Source of the DNA: an uncultured Spirochaetia bacterium
Lineage (GTDB): Bacteria; Desulfobacterota_D; UBA1144; Nemesobacterales; UBA2774
Direction of reading: 5' to 3'
Length of the DNA stretch: 64,000 nucleotides
NCBI GenBank assembly: GCA_964618635.1
Contig: CAZUDM010000012.1
Location: forward strand, 2,315 to 66,314
The notes under the pieces were generated by a model, which did no database searches, had not been told where the DNA came from, and saw only the letters and a list, made by a program, of their open reading frames with translations. This document shows positions 1 to 9,292 of the stretch, one piece after another. The translations under genes were made by a program, and so were the position numbers. The stretch's first letter is position 1. Every line of letters begins with the position of its first letter.

Positions 1-2
1 AG

Positions 3-78
3 TACAGCGAGCTCTTATCGGAGCTCGGGCTTTCGAAGAAGATTTCGGGCGTCGAGATTTACGCCGAAGAGAAAAACT
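3..78 (+). CDS. 3' end of an unidentified CDS, truncated by the window edge (frame 3 ends ...ELLSELGLSKKISGVEIYAEEKN*)
   Basis: Frame 3 is open from the window edge to a TGA stop at 76-78. A GAGGGAGG ribosome-binding site for the next gene follows at 79-86. No homology could be assessed. Confidence 0.25.
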
Positions 79-97
79 GAGGGAGGTATCACCACCT

Positions 98-931
98 GTG
101 AGTAAGCAGATAATGAGGCTCGGGCACAGCCCCGACGCGGACGACGCGTTCATGTTCTACGGCGTAGCGAAGGACAAGGTTACGTCCGACAGTATAGAAT
201 TCGTACACGTGATAGAAGACATACAATCACTCAATAAAAGAGCGCTCAACAAAGAACTGGAAATGACGGCCATATCGGCGCACGGGTATCTGAAAGTCCA
301 GGACGATTACCGGATACTCGCGAGCGGCGCGAGCATGGGCGAGGGCTACGGGCCGATAGTGGTGGCAAGGGAAAGGCTCGACAGCCTCGCCGGAAGGAAG
401 ATAGGCGTTCCGGGGATGCTGACGTCGGCGTATCTTCTCCTCTGCATTTACGCCGACGGGTTCATACCCGTCGAGATGCCGTTCGACGAGATAATGCCGG
501 CAGTCGCGAATGGAGAAATTGAGACAGGACTTCTCATACACGAGGGACAGCTCACTTATAAAGAGGCCGGGCTCGAGCTCCTGTTCGACATAGGAGAGCT
601 CTGGGCGAGGGAGACACCCCTTCCCATGCCGCTCGGGCTTAACGTCGTAAGAAGGGACATACCGGAAGACCTCCAGAGGGAGATACTGCGCGTCCACAAG
701 GGGAGTATCGAGTACGGGCTCAGCCATAAGGACGAAGCGCTCGAATACGCCCTCGAATTCGGACGCGGGATGAAGGAGGACGTGGGCGAGAAGTTCGTTC
801 TCATGTACGTGAACGATTATACCGTGGACCTCGGCGGGAAGGGAAAGGCCGCCCTCGAGTATCTCTTTAACAGGGCGCACGAAAAGGGAATCATAAAAGA
901 GCAGCCGAGACTCGACGTACTGGAATTATAA
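98..931 (+). CDS. mqnD: Menaquinone biosynthesis via futalosine, MqnA/MqnD family (likely 1,4-dihydroxy-6-naphthoate synthase MqnD)
   Basis: The N-terminal motif MRLGHSPDADDAFMFYG matches the MqnD LGxSPCPNDTFxF signature of the VitK2_biosynth periplasmic-binding-like fold. GTG start 11 nt after the GAGGGAGG ribosome-binding site. 277 aa. Confidence 0.5.
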   Translation: MSKQIMRLGHSPDADDAFMFYGVAKDKVTSDSIEFVHVIEDIQSLNKRALNKELEMTAISAHGYLKVQDDYRILASGASMGEGYGPIVVARERLDSLAGRKIGVPGMLTSAYLLLCIYADGFIPVEMPFDEIMPAVANGEIETGLLIHEGQLTYKEAGLELLFDIGELWARETPLPMPLGLNVVRRDIPEDLQREILRVHKGSIEYGLSHKDEALEYALEFGRGMKEDVGEKFVLMYVNDYTVDLGGKGKAALEYLFNRAHEKGIIKEQPRLDVLEL

Positions 932-937
932 ATTACC

Positions 938-977
938 TCACCTCGCCGGGCGGATAGAAAGCCCGCCGGCGAGGTGA
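938..977 (+). terminator. GC-rich stem-loop after mqnD: 12-bp perfect stem tcacctcgccgg/ccggcgaggtga with a 16-nt loop, no U-tract
   Basis: The inverted repeat is read directly from the sequence. No poly-T follows, so it may be a factor-dependent terminator or an RNA-stability element. Confidence 0.3.
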
Positions 978-1064
978 TTCCGACCTGCCCCAAGCCATAG
1001 AGAATTTTATTTACAACTCATTTATAGTCACCCGCTTAATACCTAACCGTTTGGAACGCAGCTG

Positions 1065-1093
1065 TTGGTAATACCGCATACGTCTCCTATAAT
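1065..1093 (+). promoter_or_regulatory. Putative sigma-70 promoter for the aldehyde dehydrogenase gene (-35 TTGGTA, 17-nt spacer, -10 TATAAT)
   Basis: TTGGTA lies at 1065-1070 and TATAAT at 1088-1093, about 35 nt upstream of the ATG at 1128. Confidence 0.35.
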
Positions 1094-1127
1094 TAGAAAT
1101 AAAGTCTGTACATAACGGAGCCTCATC

Positions 1128-2561
1128 ATGCCTAGAGAGTTCGGATATCTCGTAAACGGAAAGTGGGAGACGGGGGAGAAGAAAAGGGAGATAAAGAGCC
1201 CATATAACGGGGAAGTCGCCGGCGTTATAAACATACCGGCAAAGAAAAACGCACTGGAGGCGATAGGGTATGCCGAGGAAGCGTTTCGTAAGTTCAGGAC
1301 GAGCCCAAGCCACGAGCGGAGAAGGATACTGAGAAACATTGCCGACGGCATCGAGAAGAGAAAAGAGGAGTTCGCGAGGACCTTAGTCCTCGAAGGCGGG
1401 AAGCCGCTCAAGACAGCGCGTGTCGAGGCGGGCCGCGGGACAGCGACCTTCTCTGCCGCGGCTGACGAGGCCGGGAGGTTTGGCGAGGGAGAGCTCGTGC
1501 CGATGGACCTCGTGCCGGGGACGGAGGGAATGTTCGGCATGGTGAGGCGCTTTCCGTTGGGCGTAGTTGCCGGTATCTCGCCGTTTAACTTTCCGCTTAA
1601 TCTCGTGGCGCATAAAGTCGCACCGGCCGCGGCGTCGGGGAACGTTATGATACTTAAGCCCGCTTCGCAGACGCCCCTTTCGGCGCTCATGCTGGGGGAG
1701 GTAGCGATAGAGGCCGGGCTTCCGGCGGGCGTCCTTAACATACTGCCCCTTCCGGGCGCGGACATAGAGCCTGTGCTGGAAGACGACCGTATAAGGAAGG
1801 TTTCGTTCACCGGGAGCGACGAGATAGGCTGGGAGCTCATGAAGAAGTTCTCGAAGAAGAAGGTGACTTTAGAGCTCGGGGGGAACGCCGCGACTATCAT
1901 TGACGAGGACCCGCCGGACATTGCGTTTGCCGCGTCGAGGAACGCGTGGGGCGCTTTTTACCAGGCGGGGCAGAGCTGTATTTCCGTCCAGAGGATGTAC
2001 GTTCACGAGAAGGCATTCGACAGTTTTCTTGAGAGGTTCGTCGAGGCGACACGGAAGTTAAAGACAGGCGATCCGATGCTGGAAGACACTGACGTCGGCC
2101 CTGTCATAGATACCGATGCGGCGGACAGGATAATGGAATGGATAGAGGAGGCTGTCGAAAGCGGCGGGAAGATACTGACCGGCGGGAATAGGGACGGGAA
2201 TATCATACAGCCTACCGTGCTCGTCGACGTTCCACCTATATGCAGGGTCGTCCGGGAAGAGGTGTTCGGGCCGGTGGTCTGCGCCGAGAGGTACAGGGAT
2301 TTCGACGACGTGCTCGCGAAGGTGAACGATTCCCGCTACGGGCTTCAGGCCGGCATATTCACGAAGGATTTGAAAAAAGCCTTCAAGGCGTACTCGGCGT
2401 TAGAGGTGGGCGGCGTCATCGTGAACGACTATCCGAGCTTCAGGGTGGAGAATATGCCCTACGGCGGCGTCAAGGATTCGGGCGTCGGGAGGGAGGGGCT
2501 CCGCTACGCCATTGAAGAAATGACCGAGTTGAAACTCCTGGCGGTGAACCTGAATTACTAG
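1128..2561 (+). CDS. NAD(P)+-dependent aldehyde dehydrogenase (GapN/lactaldehyde-dehydrogenase-like)
   Basis: 477 aa. Aldehyde dehydrogenase hallmarks are present: FTGSDEIGWELMKK, ELGGNAATIID, and the catalytic Cys in QAGQSCISVQRMYV. Confidence 0.85.
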   Translation: MPREFGYLVNGKWETGEKKREIKSPYNGEVAGVINIPAKKNALEAIGYAEEAFRKFRTSPSHERRRILRNIADGIEKRKEEFARTLVLEGGKPLKTARVEAGRGTATFSAAADEAGRFGEGELVPMDLVPGTEGMFGMVRRFPLGVVAGISPFNFPLNLVAHKVAPAAASGNVMILKPASQTPLSALMLGEVAIEAGLPAGVLNILPLPGADIEPVLEDDRIRKVSFTGSDEIGWELMKKFSKKKVTLELGGNAATIIDEDPPDIAFAASRNAWGAFYQAGQSCISVQRMYVHEKAFDSFLERFVEATRKLKTGDPMLEDTDVGPVIDTDAADRIMEWIEEAVESGGKILTGGNRDGNIIQPTVLVDVPPICRVVREEVFGPVVCAERYRDFDDVLAKVNDSRYGLQAGIFTKDLKKAFKAYSALEVGGVIVNDYPSFRVENMPYGGVKDSGVGREGLRYAIEEMTELKLLAVNLNY

Positions 2562-2578
2562 CCGAATGATGCCCGGCT

Positions 2579-3232
2579 TCATCCCATGATCTTATCGACG
2601 AGGCCCATGCGTGATAGCAGTCTCCGTGTAACCGTATCGCTTTCGACGGACGTGAACTCCTTTAAATCTTCGGGATGGTCTATGTCGAGCGCGATTCGCG
2701 GATTCTCGAAAGACTCGATACGCACCCCGCGGCGCTCGGCCTCGCCCCTGTGCTTCCTGAAGCTGTCGTGGCCGAACATCGAGGGAAAGGCGTCGGGCGG
2801 GTTCCTGAGTATGGCGTTCGTGCCCATGTAGTCCCTTGCCGGGACTAAAACAGCCGATGGCGGCGGGAGCTCCTTTTCCAGAACCGCGTCGATGTCGGCG
2901 GCTGTGATTAGGGGCGCGTCGCCGGGGATCACCAACACGGACGTGGCGCCCATTTCCTTGCAAGCGCGCGACGCTTCGTCGACAGACAGGCTCTCGCCCT
3001 TCTGCTCCGTTTCTTCGAGCACCTCTATGCCGAGGCCGCGTGCTATCTCGGCGGCCCTTTTATCCATCGTGACGACGAGTTTTCTGTCCGGAAGGCGCGC
3101 CGCACCGAGCGCATTCAGCACGTCTTCCAGCATGGCGTATGCGATGTCGGTCCTCACGTCCTGCGGGAGGAGCGATGAGAGCCTGTTCTTTGCCTGAGAC
3201 AGGTCTTTTACAGGGACAATGACAAATTTCAT
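2579..3232 (-). CDS. cofC: 2-phospho-L-lactate (or PEP/3PG) guanylyltransferase CofC/FbiD, coenzyme F420 biosynthesis
   Basis: The start MKFVIVPVKDLSQAKNRLS is typical of CofC (MxxIIPVKxLxxAKSRL). The product is about 217 aa from the internal ATG at 3232. The ORF track's longer 3292 start lacks family support. Confidence 0.7.
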   Translation of the reverse strand: MKFVIVPVKDLSQAKNRLSSLLPQDVRTDIAYAMLEDVLNALGAARLPDRKLVVTMDKRAAEIARGLGIEVLEETEQKGESLSVDEASRACKEMGATSVLVIPGDAPLITAADIDAVLEKELPPPSAVLVPARDYMGTNAILRNPPDAFPSMFGHDSFRKHRGEAERRGVRIESFENPRIALDIDHPEDLKEFTSVESDTVTRRLLSRMGLVDKIMG

Positions 3233-3414
3233 GATTCTATCCGCTGCCGGACGGAGTACGAACAGCGTGTTCACCCCCCGGCCGAAAAACACGTTATGAT
3301 ACCTGTATTTGAGAAAAGTCTATAACGGACTGCCGGCGCCGTGCCGGGGCTTTCCTGAATAGATGCGGGGCGATTGGATAAGATGCGCGCCCGCAAGTTA
3401 TACTAGACTTAAGA

Positions 3415-6306
3415 ATGCCGCCGATGCCTGACCCGAATGTACGAACAGAGCTCGAAAAGGAGCTCGCCGCCGAGCTCGAATGCGAGATACGATTCGACAG
3501 GCTGAGCAGGGTCCTCTACAGCACCGACGCGAGCAATTACCAGATAGAGCCCGTCGGCGTCGTCATACCCCGTAGCGTAGATGATGTTTTCAAGGCGGTC
3601 GGGTGCGCGGCGAAGCATGAAATCCCGATTCTGCCGCGCGGCGGCGGGACGAGCCTGGCCGGGCAGGCCGTTGGGAAGGCGCTCGTCCTCGACTTTTCGA
3701 AATACCTGAACAGGATCGTAGAGATCGACGCCGGGGCGGGGATCGTCCGCGTGGAGCCCGGGATTTATATAGAGGGACTAAACCGCAGCATCGCGCACAC
3801 GGGGCTCATGTTCGGCCCCGACCCTTCGACGGCGAGGATAGCCACCATTGGCGGGGCCGTGGGGAATAATTCCACCGGGGCACATTCGATCCTTTACGGC
3901 ATGGCGGGGGATAACGTCGCCGCGGCGAAGGTGATTTTATCTGACGGCGGTGAGGCGAGGCTCCGGGCGTTCACTAATGGAGAGACACTAAAATCTGACA
4001 GCGCAGAGGGAGGACTCCTCTCAAAGCTCCGGCAGATAAAAAATGAATTTTCCGGGATCATAGAAACCGAATTTCCGAAGCACTGGCGGAGGGCGTCGGG
4101 CTACAGTCTCAACTACTTTCTCGAAGAGCCCTTCAATCCTGCCAAGCTCCTCGCCGGCTCGGAGGGGACGCTCGGTATCGCTTCGGAGCTTACGCTCAGG
4201 CTCGTCCCGAGGCCGAAGCACACGCGCCTCGCGGTGCTCGAATTCGCAAGCGTCGCCTCGGCCATGGAGGCTGTGACGCCCATTCTCACGCGTGAGCCGT
4301 CTGCAGTCGAGCTGATAGACTCGATGATCATAGGGCTCGCGCGCAGGCTGCCCGGGCTCGGGCGCAGGCTGACGTTTACGGGCGAAGACCCGGAGGCGCT
4401 TCTCGTCGTCGAGTTCTACGGCGAGACGGAGGCCGAAGCGGAGAAGAAGACGCGCGGGCTGGCGGCGTTTCTGGGGGAGAAAAAAATCGGATGCGGCGTG
4501 ACGTACGCCGATACGCCCGGGGAGCAGGCGGACGTCTGGGCCATACGCCGGGCGGGGCTCGGGATACTCATGAGCAGGCGCGGTGATTACAAGCCCATAC
4601 CGTGCATAGAGGACGTCTCGGTGCCCGTCTTGAGACTTCCGGAATACGTCGCCGACGTGACGGAGCTCATAGGGAGGTTCAGCACCAGGGCCGGATTCTA
4701 CGGGCACGCGAGCGCGGGCTGCCTTCACGTGAGGCCGCTCGTCAATCTGAAAACCCGGGACGGGGTTGCCGCCATGAAGGAGCTCATGGATGGGGCCTTC
4801 GGGCTTGCCCTCAAATACGGCGGCGTGATGAGCGGCGAGCACGGGGACGGGCTCCAGAGGAGCTACCTCAACGAGAGGCTCTTCGGGCCGGGACTTTACA
4901 GCGCCATGCGGAAGCTGAAGGAGGCTTTCGACCCGCGCGGTCTCATGAACCCGGGGAAGATCGTCGACTCCGCGCCGCCTGACAGTGACATGAGATTCGG
5001 GCCGGGATACTCGCCGTATGAAATTCGGACTTACCTCGACTGGTCTTCGGACGAAGGATTTTTAGGCGCGGCGGAGATGTGCAGCGGGCAGGGTGTGTGC
5101 CGAAAGCTCGGCGAGGGGATAATGTGCCCCTCCTACATGGCGACCCGCGACGAAAGAGACACGACGAGGGCTCGGGCGAACGCCCTCCGCGCTGTCCTCT
5201 CGGGAAGGGCCGAAAAAGAATTTCTCACGGGGAGCGAGATGCGGGAGGCGTTCGAGCTCTGCATCTCGTGCAAGGCCTGCAGGAGCGAGTGTCCCTCGGC
5301 CGTCGACGCGGCGAAGATGAAGAGTGAATTTCTCGCGCATTACAACGACGTTCACGGTATTTCACTCAGGGACCGCATATTCGGGAACATACACGGTATG
5401 AGCAGGGCGGCGGCAATTTTCCCAAAGCTCTCCAATGCAATTGTGGCAAGCGGGGCCGGGAAAAGCATACTGTCACGTCTCGGCATAAGCGGTAAGAGGA
5501 CTCTGCCGGCCCTGTCGCAGGAGAGCTTCACCGACTGGTTCCGAAAAAGGCCCCGGAAGCCGCGCGGTGCGGAGAGGGGAAAGGTTCTTTACTTTCACGA
5601 TACGTGGGTGAGCTACTACCAGCCGGAGGTCGGGAAGGCCGCAGTGAAGCTGCTGGAGGCCGCCGGGTTCGAGGTTATCCTCGCCGTGAAGCGGGCATGC
5701 TGCGGGCGGCCGATGATAAGTAAAGGTATGCTCAAGGAGGCGAAGAAAAATGCCCGAATAAACGCCTCGCTATTGGCTGAATATGCGAGGAACGGTATTC
5801 CGGTCGTCGGGACCGAGCCGAGCTGTGTATTGACGTTCAGGGACGAGTACCCGGACCTCCTTCCGGGTGACGAGGACGCCACTGTGCTCGCGAAAAATTC
5901 GTACCTCCTCGACGAGTTCTTATTCGGCGAGGCGGGAGACGCGATGAGTCTTATGAAATGGAAAACCGCCGGAGAGGACATTCTCTATCACGGGCACTGC
6001 CACCAGAGGGCGGTGACCGGCATTGGCGCGCCGGTGGGGCTCCTCGAGATGGCCGGGTGCGGGGTTACGGAGACGAACGCCGGGTGCTGCGGGATGGCGG
6101 GGAGCTTCGGCTATGAGAGCGAGCATTACGCCATATCGAAGGCCATAGGCGAGGACCGTCTCTTCCCCGCCGTCAGAAACGCGGCTGCCGGGACCGTCGT
6201 AGCGGCATCGGGCGTTTCGTGCAGGCACCAGATAGAGCACTTTACGGGGAGGCGTGTGAGGCACGTCGCCGAGGTGCTTGCCGAGAGGATAGACGAGGAT
6301 AATTAG
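3415..6306 (+). CDS. FAD-linked oxidase fused to an Fe-S/CCG domain (GlcD+GlcF-type, YdiJ-like 2-hydroxyacid/lactate dehydrogenase)
   Basis: 963 aa. The N-terminus carries a PCMH FAD-binding domain (ILPRGGGTSLAGQAV). The C-terminus carries 4Fe-4S motifs CxxCxxCxxxCP (CISCKACRSECPS) and CCG-like cysteine clusters (CCGRP, CCGMAG). Confidence 0.8.
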   Translation: MPPMPDPNVRTELEKELAAELECEIRFDRLSRVLYSTDASNYQIEPVGVVIPRSVDDVFKAVGCAAKHEIPILPRGGGTSLAGQAVGKALVLDFSKYLNRIVEIDAGAGIVRVEPGIYIEGLNRSIAHTGLMFGPDPSTARIATIGGAVGNNSTGAHSILYGMAGDNVAAAKVILSDGGEARLRAFTNGETLKSDSAEGGLLSKLRQIKNEFSGIIETEFPKHWRRASGYSLNYFLEEPFNPAKLLAGSEGTLGIASELTLRLVPRPKHTRLAVLEFASVASAMEAVTPILTREPSAVELIDSMIIGLARRLPGLGRRLTFTGEDPEALLVVEFYGETEAEAEKKTRGLAAFLGEKKIGCGVTYADTPGEQADVWAIRRAGLGILMSRRGDYKPIPCIEDVSVPVLRLPEYVADVTELIGRFSTRAGFYGHASAGCLHVRPLVNLKTRDGVAAMKELMDGAFGLALKYGGVMSGEHGDGLQRSYLNERLFGPGLYSAMRKLKEAFDPRGLMNPGKIVDSAPPDSDMRFGPGYSPYEIRTYLDWSSDEGFLGAAEMCSGQGVCRKLGEGIMCPSYMATRDERDTTRARANALRAVLSGRAEKEFLTGSEMREAFELCISCKACRSECPSAVDAAKMKSEFLAHYNDVHGISLRDRIFGNIHGMSRAAAIFPKLSNAIVASGAGKSILSRLGISGKRTLPALSQESFTDWFRKRPRKPRGAERGKVLYFHDTWVSYYQPEVGKAAVKLLEAAGFEVILAVKRACCGRPMISKGMLKEAKKNARINASLLAEYARNGIPVVGTEPSCVLTFRDEYPDLLPGDEDATVLAKNSYLLDEFLFGEAGDAMSLMKWKTAGEDILYHGHCHQRAVTGIGAPVGLLEMAGCGVTETNAGCCGMAGSFGYESEHYAISKAIGEDRLFPAVRNAAAGTVVAASGVSCRHQIEHFTGRRVRHVAEVLAERIDEDN

Positions 6307-6313
6307 CCGCTGA

Positions 6314-7570
6314 TTAGAAGGAATTCGGAAACGGGATTCCGTCCTTTTTGTAGAGCACTTTGCCTGCAGTCATGACCATGCCGAGGTTCGCGGATGCGGA
6401 CGAGATTACGGAGAGGTAAGGGTCCCTGAAGCTTCCCGGCGTATCGATATATATGAGGTCGGCCTCCTTGCCCGGGTCGATACTGCCTGTTTTTTCTTCG
6501 AGGTAGAGCGCGCCCGCGCCGCCGAGCGTCGCGGCATGGATCGACTTGAATGCCGCTTTCTCACCAATCGCCTGAGACATGAGGAGGTGAAACGCACGGA
6601 GCTCCTCGAAGAAGTCGAGGTTGTAATTGCTCGAAAGGCCGTCAGTCCCGATGCCGAGCCTTTCGACGCCGGAATAATATGCGAAGGGCGGCGCTCCAGC
6701 CTGGAGGAAGAGATTACTCCGGGGACAGAGAACTATGCCGAGCCCGAGGCGCGAGATCTCGTCGGCTTCTTCCTTTCCGGCCTGCACCATGTGTATGAGC
6801 GTTACACTGTCGCCCTCGGACAGACCCATCTTCGAGAAGTAGGCAAACGGACTTTCGGCCGCGGGCCTTTTGAAAGACTCCTTCCTTATAAGCGGGAATA
6901 TCTTACTCTCTATCTTATTGGCGCAGCATTTTACGAACTCGACCTCGTCGGGGCTTTCGGCGAGATGCATACCGAACGGGACGCCGTTCTTGTGATGGGC
7001 TCGAAATACCTTCCGGAGGAGCCTCGGGCTGCATGAATAGGGGGCGTGCGGGAAGGCCCTCTCTTCGACGAGTCCGTCTCCGGACTTGAAGTTAAAATCC
7101 GTCCTGTGCTCGTTACTGTCGAGAATCTCCCTGAAGAGTACCGCCCTCAGGCCCGACTGTTCGAGTATGGGCTTGTCGAGGCCTCCGTAGGAGGATATTT
7201 CGCCCACCGTCGTCACGCCGGACGAGACGAGGCTCTTCACGCCCTCCGATACCGACGCCGCTATCGTCTCTTCGAGTATGGGCGTTCCCTTGGAGACGAT
7301 AAGCTGCTCCAGCCATCCGGTGAAGCCCGTGAACGCCCCTATCTCTGCCTGCGTCCAGCCGAGCTCGAGGTGTGTATGGCCGTTAATAAATCCGGGTAGC
7401 AGTATTCCGTTTCCGAGTTTTATTTCGGGTACCGATCTGTGTTTCTTCAAGAGGGCAGTGGTTTTCGCTACTTCCCTGATTTTTCCGTCGGAAACGAGGA
7501 CCGAGGCGCCGCTGAGGGGCTTTGAGGAAACGGGAAGCACGGTTCCCGCCGAGAGTATGAACGTTTTCAT
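6314..7570 (-). CDS. Metal-dependent amidohydrolase, MtaD/chlorohydrolase family (possible aminodeoxyfutalosine or MTA/SAH deaminase)
   Basis: 418 aa. The PGFINGHTHLELG metal-binding motif is characteristic of amidohydrolase family 1. Confidence 0.75.
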   Translation of the reverse strand: MKTFILSAGTVLPVSSKPLSGASVLVSDGKIREVAKTTALLKKHRSVPEIKLGNGILLPGFINGHTHLELGWTQAEIGAFTGFTGWLEQLIVSKGTPILEETIAASVSEGVKSLVSSGVTTVGEISSYGGLDKPILEQSGLRAVLFREILDSNEHRTDFNFKSGDGLVEERAFPHAPYSCSPRLLRKVFRAHHKNGVPFGMHLAESPDEVEFVKCCANKIESKIFPLIRKESFKRPAAESPFAYFSKMGLSEGDSVTLIHMVQAGKEEADEISRLGLGIVLCPRSNLFLQAGAPPFAYYSGVERLGIGTDGLSSNYNLDFFEELRAFHLLMSQAIGEKAAFKSIHAATLGGAGALYLEEKTGSIDPGKEADLIYIDTPGSFRDPYLSVISSASANLGMVMTAGKVLYKKDGIPFPNSF

Positions 7571-7625
7571 GGCAACGATTTAACCGGCCGGCGGCCGGGA
7601 AAAGAGTATTCGATTTAAAGACCCG

Positions 7626-8498
7626 TCATTCGGCGGGGAGTGATTTTATCCTGTCGAGAAGGTCGCGGCTGAGCGTGCCGGACGTGACCTCTTCGACGGC
7701 GCCCCGCATCTTTATCGTCCAGTCTTCCCTTATCTCGATATCGAGCTCTCCGCCGGGCATGGACACAGTCAGCTTTTTGGCTGTAAGGCCGTTCCTGACG
7801 CATGCGGCCGCGACGGCGCACGAGCTGCTTCCGGAGGCGAGCGTGTATCCCGCCCCCCTTTCCCATATGAGAATCGAGACCTTTTCCGGGGTGAGCACCT
7901 TCACGAACTGGACGTTTATCCTGTTCGGGAAGAGCTCGTGGTTTTCGAGGAGGGGGCCGAGCTTACGTGTGAAGCCTTCGTCGAGCTCGTCGACGAATAC
8001 GATGCAGTGCGGGTTGCCTACGGAGACGGCCGTGAACCTCGCTATCTCGCCGTTGACCCTTATCTCCTCGTCTACGACCTCGCGCTCTTCGCCCGCGACG
8101 GGTATGTCCTTGCTGTTAAATACGGCCTGCCCCATCTCGACTGTGACGAAGGGGACTCTGCCGTCTTCCGAGACTTCGAGCTCGGCCGTTACGACGCCGC
8201 CGAGCGTATCGATTTTAAACGTTTTATTCTGCGTTTGGCCGTGCTCGTAGAGGTATTTCGCGAATATCCTGAGGCCGTTTCCGCTTTTTTCGGCTTCGCT
8301 GCCGTCGGGGTTCAGTATGCGGAGCCCGAAATCGGCTCTCGGGGACTTGGTTAGAAGTAATATGCCGTCGGAGCCGACGCCGTAGTTCCTGTCGCAGAGG
8401 AGCCTCGTCACGCCCGGCGTTACCGTGAACGATATGGCCGAGGAGTCGAGTACGAAGTAGTCGTTGCCGAGCCCGTGTGATTTTACGAATTCGTCCAT
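7626..8498 (-). CDS. dapF: Diaminopimelate epimerase
   Basis: N-terminal HGLGNDYFVLD plus two pseudo-symmetric Cys-containing halves. 290 aa. Confidence 0.85.
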   Translation of the reverse strand: MDEFVKSHGLGNDYFVLDSSAISFTVTPGVTRLLCDRNYGVGSDGILLLTKSPRADFGLRILNPDGSEAEKSGNGLRIFAKYLYEHGQTQNKTFKIDTLGGVVTAELEVSEDGRVPFVTVEMGQAVFNSKDIPVAGEEREVVDEEIRVNGEIARFTAVSVGNPHCIVFVDELDEGFTRKLGPLLENHELFPNRINVQFVKVLTPEKVSILIWERGAGYTLASGSSSCAVAAACVRNGLTAKKLTVSMPGGELDIEIREDWTIKMRGAVEEVTSGTLSRDLLDRIKSLPAE

Positions 8499-8571
8499 AA
8501 ACCTGTCCTTGTATTTTTCTTAATTTTAACAGATTATCGGGACCAGGGGATGAAAAAAGCCCGCCGTCGGA

Positions 8572-9249
8572 TTATTCCAGCAAAACCCTGCCCGTGAGGC
8601 CCGAGCTTCTGAGCCTGGACGCCGTTCTTTCGGCTTCGTTCTCGTCCGAGAACCGCCCTACCCTGACCCTGAAGTATTCGCCGCCGCCGAGCTTTACCGT
8701 TTCGACGCGGACGTCGTCGTAGTCGGGATCGAGCCGGCGCTTTAAGTACATGGCGTTCCCCTGGTCGCTGAACGAGCCCACCTGGATCGTGTAATGTGGG
8801 TCGAAGTAGCTCGTGCTCGCGCTGCGCGCCGAGGGCGAGGAAACGACCTCCACCTTGACCTTGACCGTGCCCGGCCCGATCATGCCTATGGCCTTTGCGG
8901 GGGCGTGAGAGAGATCGATTATGCGGCCTTTTACGAATGGGCCCCTGTCGTTTATCTCGACTATGACGTCGCGGCCGTTTTCGAGGTTCGTGACCCTTAC
9001 CACTGTGCCGAGGGGAAGGGTTTTGTGGGCCGCCGTGTAGGCATACTTGCTGAACCGCTCGCCGCTCGCGGCGTAGTTGTCATGCTCGTCTATGCCGTAC
9101 CACGACGCTATGCCTATCTGGGTGGAGCCTTCCTCGACGACGTACCCGCCCTCGGGAGCTTTGGGTACACGGGTGGTGTCTACCGTTTTCTTAGCGCACG
9201 AGAAGGCGACTGGCAGAATCAGCAATAATAGAATTATTCTATTATTCAT
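8572..9249 (-). CDS. rlpA: Septal ring lytic transglycosylase RlpA-family lipoprotein with a C-terminal SPOR domain
   Basis: Signal/lipobox ...AFSCAKK. The double-psi beta-barrel (DPBB) core is IASWYG...ASGERF...LPLGTVVRVTNLENGRDVIVEINDRGPF. The C-terminal SPOR domain is YTIQVGSFSDQGNA...RVRVGRFSDENEAE. Confidence 0.8.
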   Translation of the reverse strand: MNNRIILLLLILPVAFSCAKKTVDTTRVPKAPEGGYVVEEGSTQIGIASWYGIDEHDNYAASGERFSKYAYTAAHKTLPLGTVVRVTNLENGRDVIVEINDRGPFVKGRIIDLSHAPAKAIGMIGPGTVKVKVEVVSSPSARSASTSYFDPHYTIQVGSFSDQGNAMYLKRRLDPDYDDVRVETVKLGGGEYFRVRVGRFSDENEAERTASRLRSSGLTGRVLLE

Positions 9250-9292
9250 TATTCCTCGGCCCCGAATCGTTCAGGGAGCCTTACCACGCCTG

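Noticed and set aside
1051-1068. Sigma-54 -24/-12 element tggaacgcagctgttgg upstream of the aldehyde dehydrogenase gene
   Set aside because: The GG-to-GC spacing is off by 2 nt relative to the TGGCACG-N4-TTGC consensus. The sigma-70 -35/-10 pair at 1065-1093 is preferred.
1043-1921. Long antisense or alternate-frame ORFs (e.g. 1043..1921-, 4021..4842-, 18898..19752+, 25723..26781+, 33689..34744+, 44039..44971+, 45462..46448+, 22075..22950-, 27618..29066+)
   Set aside because: They overlap well-supported genes on the opposite strand or an alternate frame. Their composition is Arg/Pro/Gly/Ala-rich, typical of high-GC frame artefacts, with no domain signatures.
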